Positions 1 to 6,657 of a stretch of DNA of 64,000 nucleotides are shown here, one piece after another; within the stretch, counting starts at the first letter, position 1; every line of letters begins with the position of its first letter. Below the pieces are notes generated by a model. That model saw only the letters and a list, made by a program, of their open reading frames with translations, had not been told where the DNA came from and searched no databases. Origin of the DNA: Planctomycetota bacterium (lineage in GTDB: Bacteria; Planctomycetota; PLA2; JAEUHO01); NCBI GenBank assembly GCA_965223505.1, contig CBDCWP010000007.1:1-64000 (forward strand), written 5' to 3'. The translations under genes and the position numbers were made by a program.

Positions 1-3
1 GCG

Positions 4-717
4 CTAGCGGGTCGCTCGCCAGCGGCGAGCAGCCGCGCCCCAGTCGATGTGCTTACAGAAGCGATCGACGTATGTGGCCTTGTCCGTGCGGTAGTCGACG
101 TAGAACGCGTGTTCGTACATGTCGACGAGCAACAGCGGCCGGCCGAACCACAACGGACCGACGTCGTGCGCGTCGGAGAGGACGTTGTACAGCCGGTCGT
201 TCAGCGGGTGCGCCGCCAGCATCGCCCATCCGCTGCATGAGAGCGCGCACGCTTCGAAGTCGGCCCGCCACCGATCCACCGAGCCGAAGCGGGCTTTCAG
301 CGCCGCAGTCAGGTCCTTCCCCGGTTCGCCTGCATCCGCACGCATGCCTTCGAAGTAGAGCTCGTGCAAGATCACCGAGTTGGCCTTCGCCGACTGGGTC
401 TTGCCCAGCGCGCGCCGCGCCGCGCGATCGGTCACGCCTTCGCCGCCGTAGAGCCGCTTCTCGATGCCCTCGAGCCCTTTCAGTGCACCGCCGTAGTGCT
501 TCGTGTGGTGCAGTCCGATCTGTTCCTTCGACAGGAATCCGGGCAGCGCCTCGTAGCGCAGGGGAACGAGTTCGCCCGATCGGAGTGCGGTCGTCGGCTC
601 GGCCTCCTCGGCGCGCGCGGCGCGCACGTCACCGAGCCAAGCGGCCGACGTTGCTGCAATGCCGGCGAGCGTGGCGCTGCCGATCAGGTCTCGTCGCGTG
701 AAGTTGCGTGCATCCAT
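4..717 (-). CDS. Fe/Mn superoxide dismutase family protein with Tat signal peptide
   Basis: Likely start MDARNFTRRDLIG (twin-arginine) at 717. SOD motifs LHHTKHYGG, LHELYF, FGSVDRW, SGWAML and DMYEHAFYVDY. The upstream part of the 542-aa track ORF is shadow of the + strand gene. Confidence 0.85.
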   Translation of the reverse strand: MDARNFTRRDLIGSATLAGIAATSAAWLGDVRAARAEEAEPTTALRSGELVPLRYEALPGFLSKEQIGLHHTKHYGGALKGLEGIEKRLYGGEGVTDRAARRALGKTQSAKANSVILHELYFEGMRADAGEPGKDLTAALKARFGSVDRWRADFEACALSCSGWAMLAAHPLNDRLYNVLSDAHDVGPLWFGRPLLLVDMYEHAFYVDYRTDKATYVDRFCKHIDWGAAARRWRATR

Positions 718-825
718 GGCGATCTCCTCGGCCCGAGCACACCACGGCCGCCGGCCGACGTCCTCTGACAAAGTCTTCAGGAACTCGTAAGGCCCGCCCG
801 GCTGCTCGCCGGGGAAGATGTGCAG

Positions 826-1935
826 ATGCAAGCGAACCGATACGTCTTCCGGATCACCGTCCTCGTACTTCTCGCGTCGTTGACGCCGGCGGCTGCCGAA
901 GAGCCGGCCGAGCCCGATCTCGCGACCGCCATCGCCGAGAGTCCTCTCGAGCTGTGGGAGGCGGTCACGCGCGGCGGGGCGCGAAACGGCGCGACGCTGC
1001 GCGCGGGTTTCGCGCTCGACACGAACGGCAGGCTCGTCCTGCGCATGCTCGTTCGCACTGTGAAGGACGAGGCGGAACGCTTCGAAGAGTGGCGCGGGCC
1101 GCTCTACGACCAGGTGTGGGCGCCCCGGCGCCGCGTCCTCGCGGACGGGGAGGAGATCGCGAACGCGAGGAGACTCGACGACCTCGTGCGCAAGAGCAAG
1201 CGCACGCTCAGCACCGCGGTGACCTCGTCGCGCGGCGTGCAACGTGAAGACGAGTCCTGGCCCGGCGTGCCCGTGTCCATCGAGCCGACACTTCGAGACG
1301 GCGAGGTGCGCACCGAGGCGATCGTGATCATCGACAGTCGGTACTACCGGGTCACCCAGATCCTCGACTCCGGCATCATCCTCTCGACGAAGCCCGCGGA
1401 GGAACCGGTGCGCATCGAAGCCGATCCGCCGCGCACGTTGCCCGAGCTCACCGTTCCCGACGGAATCTGGGTCAACGCCGGGGAGCCGCCGACGCTGGCG
1501 AGCTGGAAGGGGAGTCCCATCCTCGTCGCCGTCGCCGATCCGGGGTGAGACACCTGACACAACATCACGCCGAACCTGGTCAGGTGGCACAAGCAATACG
1601 CATCCGCTGGATTGAAGATCGTCGCCGTTCAAGGCGCGAAACCCCGCCTCTCCACGAAGGATCCGCAGGAGGAGATCCGCAAGACCAAGGAGTGGGTCGA
1701 GCGGAAGGACCCTCCGTTCCCCGTTCTCGTCGATCCGACCGCGGCCTACTACGACGCGATCGGCTTCCCCGCGGGACCGTACCCGGTTCTCGTCCTCGTC
1801 GATCCGAAAGGAATCGTCGTCTGGATGGGGGGGACCGGCATTCGCCGGGAAGCGGAGGTGTGTGACGGCGCGCTTGCGCGCCTCATGAGCGGAGCGAAGA
1901 AAAAAGCCGCTGGCTCGGACGCGCTGCCGCGCTGA
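826..1935 (+). CDS. Exported TlpA/thioredoxin-fold selenoprotein with UxxU active site (two in-frame TGA = Sec) and an N-terminal PepSY-like region
   Basis: Track ORFs 820-1548 and 1612-1935 are in the same frame. The joining sequence reads LASWKGSPILVAVADPG-TGA(1546)-DT-TGA(1555)-HNITPNLVRWHKQYASAGLKIVAV, followed by FPVLVDP and YPVLVLVDPKGIV, a TlpA-like fold with the TGAs at the CxxC position. Signal peptide at the N-terminus and a SECIS-like hairpin downstream. Start at ATG 826 or GTG 820. Confidence 0.85.
1569..1588 (+). promoter_or_regulatory. Bacterial SECIS element (Sec insertion hairpin)
   Basis: GCC-GA-ACCT-GGTC-AGGT-GGC begins 11 nt after the second TGA. It has the same GGUC apical loop, a bulged 5' arm and the same 11-nt offset as the E. 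coli fdhF SECIS. Confidence 0.75.
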
Positions 1936-1946
1936 TCCTTGGGCGC

Positions 1947-2633
1947 GTGCGCATCCTGGTGATCGAGGACGAGGAGAAGATCGCGGCGGCCCTTGCGGAG
2001 GGTCTCGCGTCGGCCGGTTACGACGTCGCGGTCGCGAACACGGGTGAGGACGGGTTCTTCCGTTTCGTCTCCCGGCCGTGCGATCTCGTCATTCTCGACT
2101 GGATGCTCCCGGGTCGCGACGGCATCGAGATCCTGGAGACCATCCGGAAGCAGGGACGCGACACGCCCGTGCTCCTGCTCACGGCGCGCGACGCGGTGGA
2201 GGACCGCGTGCGCGGTCTCGACGCCGGCGCGGACGACTACCTCGTCAAGCCGTTCGCGTTTCCCGAGCTCGAGGCGCGGGTTCGCGCCTTGCTGCGACGC
2301 GCGCCCGCCGACACGCAGCAACGCTTCGAGGTGGGCGACCTGCATCTCGACGTTGCGCGGCGCCGTGTGGAGCGCGACGGACGGCCGGTCACGTTGACGC
2401 TGCGCGAGTTCGACCTGCTGCACTATCTCATGCAGCACGCCGGGCACGTCGTCTCGCGGGAGATGCTCGCCAAGGACGTGTGGGAGGAGACCGCGCGGGC
2501 GACGCCGCTCGACAACGTCATCGACGTCCACATGGCCCGACTGCGCAAGAAGGTCGACACGGATCCCGACGCGCGCCTGATCGAGACCGTGCGCGGCGTT
2601 GGATTCGTGCTGCGCGCGGGAGACGACGTATGA
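1947..2633 (+). CDS. OmpR/CusR-family response regulator
   Basis: MRILVIEDE, LDWMLPG, LTARD and DDYLVKPF receiver motifs plus winged-helix IETVRGVGF. Confidence 0.95.
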   Translation: MRILVIEDEEKIAAALAEGLASAGYDVAVANTGEDGFFRFVSRPCDLVILDWMLPGRDGIEILETIRKQGRDTPVLLLTARDAVEDRVRGLDAGADDYLVKPFAFPELEARVRALLRRAPADTQQRFEVGDLHLDVARRRVERDGRPVTLTLREFDLLHYLMQHAGHVVSREMLAKDVWEETARATPLDNVIDVHMARLRKKVDTDPDARLIETVRGVGFVLRAGDDV

Positions 2634-3946
2634 GCCTCGTGCCGCGCAGCATTCGCTCCCGTTTGGCACTCGGCTACGCGGCGGCCGTGGCGGTTACGGT
2701 GCTCGTCTACGCCGGCGTCGTCTACGGGTTCACCCGATCGGCGCTGATCGACCGGCTCGACGCGGCCCTTCGAGACGACTTCGAGCGCGCGGAGCACGCG
2801 TTCGAGATCGACGTCACCGGTGCGCTCAGCTGGAAGGAGCCCGAGCGCTTGGGGCACCACGACACGGCGGAGGCGCCGTGGACGCAGGTCCTGCATCCGA
2901 AGGGCGGCCCAGGCCTGCTCCGTCCGTCGAACGCCGACGTCGGCGACGCGTCGTATCGGGTCTTCGAGGAGGACTACTTGATCGCGGGCGAGACGTACCG
3001 CATCCGCGTCGGCCGGTCCATGGCTCCGATGGAGGCGGAGTTGAGCGGCCTGCGCACGCTCCTGGCGTTGTGCCTGCTGCCGGTGGTCGGGTTCGCGTGG
3101 CTGGGCGGGCTCCTGCTCGCGCGGCGTGCGCTTCAGCCCGTCCAGGACATGACGGAGCGCGCCCGGCACATCGGCGCCGAACGCTTGTCCGAGCGACTGC
3201 CGGTCGCGAACCCCGACGACGAGCTCGGGCGTCTCGCGACGGTGTTCAACGCAGCGTTCGAGCGCATCGAGGCGGGGTTCGAGCGACTGCGTGGGTTCAC
3301 GTCGGATGCCGCGCACGAGCTTCGCACGCCGCTCGCGGCGCTTCGAACCGTGGGGGAGGTCGGACTGGGGTCGTCGCAGGACGTCGAAGCGCACCGCGAG
3401 GTGATCGCGAGCATGCTGGAAGAGACCGCACGGCTGACCCGCCTGGTCGACGAGCTGCTGGAGCTCTCACGGGGCGACGCAAGGATGGCGGGGATCGAGA
3501 AGGCGCCGGTCGACCTCGCGGAGCTGTCGCGTTCGGTTTGCGAGCAGCTCGAAGTGCTCGCGTCGGAACGCGGGCAGGAGCTGGTCGTCGAAGGCGGCGG
3601 GGCGACCGTGCCCGGCGACGCGAACATGCTTCGCAGAGCGGTCACGAATCTCGTCGACAACGCGATTCGACACGGGCCGACGTCGTCCACGGTCCGGGTG
3701 CGGGTCGAGGAAGCAGCTGCGGAGGCCGTGATCGTGGTGGCGGACGAGGGAACGCCGATCCCGGCGAACCATCGGGAACGGATCTTCGATCGCCTCTACC
3801 GCATCGACGCGGCGCGTGCCGGCGCCGGAACGGGGCTGGGCCTCTCGCTCGCGGCCCAGGCAATCGAGCTCCACGGCGGCCGCATCGAGATCGAAGCGCG
3901 CGCCGAGGGCAACGCGTTTCGCGTGACCCTGCCCCGCGGCGGGTGA
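2630..3946 (+). CDS. HAMP-domain sensor histidine kinase (CusS/heavy-metal-sensor-like)
   Basis: ATGA overlap with the regulator stop codon. Two TM helices, HAMP domain, H-box AHELRTPL, N-box NLVDNAIRH and G-box GTGLGL. Confidence 0.92.
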   Translation: MSLVPRSIRSRLALGYAAAVAVTVLVYAGVVYGFTRSALIDRLDAALRDDFERAEHAFEIDVTGALSWKEPERLGHHDTAEAPWTQVLHPKGGPGLLRPSNADVGDASYRVFEEDYLIAGETYRIRVGRSMAPMEAELSGLRTLLALCLLPVVGFAWLGGLLLARRALQPVQDMTERARHIGAERLSERLPVANPDDELGRLATVFNAAFERIEAGFERLRGFTSDAAHELRTPLAALRTVGEVGLGSSQDVEAHREVIASMLEETARLTRLVDELLELSRGDARMAGIEKAPVDLAELSRSVCEQLEVLASERGQELVVEGGGATVPGDANMLRRAVTNLVDNAIRHGPTSSTVRVRVEEAAAEAVIVVADEGTPIPANHRERIFDRLYRIDAARAGAGTGLGLSLAAQAIELHGGRIEIEARAEGNAFRVTLPRGG

Positions 3947-3950
3947 TCCG

Positions 3951-5966
3951 CTACTGGACCTGGGCCGCGACCGGCGCGTCGAACGCCGTCTTGATCAGGA
4001 CCACGTCCTGCTGGCCCTTGCACGCGACCGCGAGGTACATCGGATTGCCCGGCAGGATGACGATGTCCGCGAGGCCTTGCAGGCCGGGCATCGTCCCTTG
4101 GATCGCCTGGACCACGGCGCCGCTTGCGTCGAGCCGGCCGAGCCACCAGTGCCCTGTCGTGTCCGACGCGACAGCGACGGCCGTCGTGCCGTCGTCGAGG
4201 GCGGCCATGTCGATCTCGAGCGGATCGGCCAGCGGGTTCGATGCGAACGTGTGCGTGCCGATCGGCGTGGGCGCCGACGTTCCGTTCCAGGTCAGGATGG
4301 TCAACGTGTTCGAGCCGTAGTTCGAGACCACCGCGACGCCGTTCTTGGCGCGCACTCTCCGTTGGTCGTTGCCGCCCGATGCGATCAGAGCGCCTTCGGC
4401 GCTCGCATCGATGCGATCGTGGTACCAGATCTGGCCTGGGGATCCGCTCATCGCGACGATCACTCCGCCTCCGGCGGCCGAGTAGACGAACGCGCTGACC
4501 GGATCGCCCGTGCGGTTCGGGAAGTTGACGTCGCCGCCCAGTGCGCCGGACGGAATCGGCGTTTGGAAGAAGTCGATGGCGTCGTCGAACTGCTGGAAGC
4601 CGACGACGATGCCGGCTGTGAGGCTCACGCCCGTCGACCTCGAGGTCCCGCCGAACGAAACCAGATCCCGTACGCCGCTCGAGACCGCAAGACCGCCCCA
4701 GTTCGCGCCTGCCCAGTGGGAGCGCGCGAAGCCGACGGGGTTCCACACGTACAGGGCGCGCGTGAGGTCGGCGTCGTCGCCGGCCGACACGGGCACGACG
4801 TCGTCATCCACCGCGGTGAGGATGCCGATGTCCTGCACCTGAGGCGTGGCGACGATCGTGCCGGACGCGTCGCGCTCGATCGCGAAGGCCTTGACGCCGT
4901 TCACGTCCGGCCCCGAAACGTACAGCATGGGATGGGTGCCGACGACGGGCGGGTCGTTCACGAGGTCGAAGTGGGCCGGTGCGAGACCTGCGACGTCGAC
5001 ACCGGTCTGGATGCGAAGGCTGTTCCCGACCGTCACGTTCGCCGTGGCGGGGGTGACTTCCATCCGGTACTCGCCGATGCTCGAGTGATCGACGTCGACG
5101 AGGAACAGCAGGCCGCTCGGATCGAGGGCGAGCACGAATCCGACGCCGACGGTGAGTGCCGTCTCGCCTACCTGCGTGGCCTCGAATTGGATCTCTCCTT
5201 CGTGCGTGGTGCGTCCGTTCGCCTCTGTCCTCGTCGTCGGGACGGCATCTCCGACGTTCGAGAGCCATGCGACGTTCGGATTCCCGGCAAGCTCGATCAG
5301 CTCGAAGGCGATCGGAACGTCGTACGCGTTGCCGTGCTCGAACGAGTATCGCAGCGCCGAGGGGACGTTGATCTCCGGCGAGGGGGGTGCTTCGAACTTC
5401 CAGCCCAATGTGACGTTGTCGTCACCGGCGGCCGGCTGGTCCTTCTCGGTGAGCGCGCCGACGGCGACCTCGTCGAAGAAGACGCCCGCCATCCCGTGGA
5501 GAATGAACCCTTCCTCGTTGTCCCACTCGACCCTCTGATCGGGGATCACTACCCGATCGTCCTCGGTCCGTGCGTAGTACGACGTGATGTCGAGCTCGAT
5601 GAGCTCCTCGATGCTGATCCTGGAGAGGTCCGGTTTCTGGAGCGTGAGCGTCGCGGGCGTGTTGAAGCGCAGTGGCGGCGTGATGTCGAACACCCTGCCC
5701 ATGACCGCGTGGCCGGCGTTGAACCCCCAGATCTGCGGATCGAGATCATCCGGCGGCTTCTCCGTGATGTTGACCTCGGTGTCCTGGAACAGCGCTCCGG
5801 CCGGCACCTTCAGCGTCAGCGTCCCGTCGTTGGAGGTCAGCGTCCCGCCGTTCGCGCCCACGGTGCCGCGGATCTCGGTCAGCAGGCCGAGGCGAAAGAA
5901 CTCGTCGAACCCGCCGCCGCAGGCGGGGATGAAGAGCAACGACGTCAACCAGAGCGCACGCGACAT
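3951..5966 (-). CDS. Lipoprotein with a ZU5-like N-terminal domain and probable C-terminal beta-propeller
   Basis: Lipobox LFIPAC-GGG. GGTLTSNDGTLTLKVPAGAL...DITPPLRFNTPATLTL resembles ZU5-type domains. Beta-rich C-terminus. Confidence 0.6.
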   Translation of the reverse strand: MSRALWLTSLLFIPACGGGFDEFFRLGLLTEIRGTVGANGGTLTSNDGTLTLKVPAGALFQDTEVNITEKPPDDLDPQIWGFNAGHAVMGRVFDITPPLRFNTPATLTLQKPDLSRISIEELIELDITSYYARTEDDRVVIPDQRVEWDNEEGFILHGMAGVFFDEVAVGALTEKDQPAAGDDNVTLGWKFEAPPSPEINVPSALRYSFEHGNAYDVPIAFELIELAGNPNVAWLSNVGDAVPTTRTEANGRTTHEGEIQFEATQVGETALTVGVGFVLALDPSGLLFLVDVDHSSIGEYRMEVTPATANVTVGNSLRIQTGVDVAGLAPAHFDLVNDPPVVGTHPMLYVSGPDVNGVKAFAIERDASGTIVATPQVQDIGILTAVDDDVVPVSAGDDADLTRALYVWNPVGFARSHWAGANWGGLAVSSGVRDLVSFGGTSRSTGVSLTAGIVVGFQQFDDAIDFFQTPIPSGALGGDVNFPNRTGDPVSAFVYSAAGGGVIVAMSGSPGQIWYHDRIDASAEGALIASGGNDQRRVRAKNGVAVVSNYGSNTLTILTWNGTSAPTPIGTHTFASNPLADPLEIDMAALDDGTTAVAVASDTTGHWWLGRLDASGAVVQAIQGTMPGLQGLADIVILPGNPMYLAVACKGQQDVVLIKTAFDAPVAAQVQ

Positions 5967-6002
5967 GGCCGTCCTCCATCCGGGGCGCACGAACCGCGCG
6001 CC

Positions 6003-6029
6003 TAGGACCTAGTGGAAGAATCAGATTCC
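6003..6029 (-). promoter_or_regulatory. Possible ECF-type promoter (GGAATC-N15-GTCCTA) for the lipoprotein gene
   Basis: Motif lies in the short intergenic gap directly downstream of an ECF sigma gene. Confidence 0.35.
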
Positions 6030-6063
6030 GTCGGTACGGCAGACACGAATTCGAAGATCGTTC

Positions 6064-6648
6064 CTATGCGCCGCCACGCCGGCGAAGCGCCAGCTCGTAG
6101 GTCTTCTTGAAGCGCTCCTGCGCCCGGAGCCGCGCCCGCTGGGCCGCGGCCGCGGTGATGTCGAGCCGCTCGGCCGTCTCGTCGATCGAGAGGCCGCGGC
6201 AGATCGCCTCTACGAGCTCGCGGTCGCGCGCGGGAAGGAGCGCCAGCGCACTGGTCGCGATCTCGAGCCGGGCGCGTCGGTCGGCGAAGGTGGCGGGCCC
6301 CGTGAGCCGCGCCTCCGGATTCACGCCGGAGCCGCTGCCGGGATCGGTCGTGTCCCCGAACGTCACGCGCAGCATGGGACCCGCGTTGCGCTTGAGCGCG
6401 CGCCAGTACGCGGTTCGATTCGCGATGTGCTGGCGGCCGATCGCACGGATCCAGCCCATGAACGCGGCGTCGCCCAGGTATTCGAACCGGTCCGCCACCC
6501 GCAACGCGTGCAACGCGGCACCCTGGGCCAGGTCTTCGGCGCTCTCGTAGCGCAGCAGCCCGGACCCCTCGCGCCGCAGGTGGCGCACCAACTCCGCGTG
6601 ATGCCGCTCGAGCAGCTCAGCGAGACTGGGCTTGGAAGCCTCGGCCAC
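6064..6648 (-). CDS. ECF RNA polymerase sigma factor
   Basis: SAEDLAQ, FMGWIRAI and region 4 GLSIDETAERLDITAAAAQRARLRA. Confidence 0.85.
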   Translation of the reverse strand: MAEASKPSLAELLERHHAELVRHLRREGSGLLRYESAEDLAQGAALHALRVADRFEYLGDAAFMGWIRAIGRQHIANRTAYWRALKRNAGPMLRVTFGDTTDPGSGSGVNPEARLTGPATFADRRARLEIATSALALLPARDRELVEAICRGLSIDETAERLDITAAAAQRARLRAQERFKKTYELALRRRGGA

Positions 6649-6657
6649 GCCCGCCCG

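Noticed and set aside
1546..1557. Genome-wide UGA reassignment (Trp/Gly) as the explanation for the in-frame TGAs
   Set aside because: TGA is used as a normal stop throughout the window (e.g. 1933-1935, 2631-2633, nadB) and Trp is encoded by TGG.
1612..1935. Stand-alone 107-aa ORF (and 820-1548 as a separate gene or pseudogene)
   Set aside because: It begins mid-fold at a TTG with no clear RBS. It is the in-frame C-terminal half of the thioredoxin domain whose active site is the TGA-xx-TGA segment.
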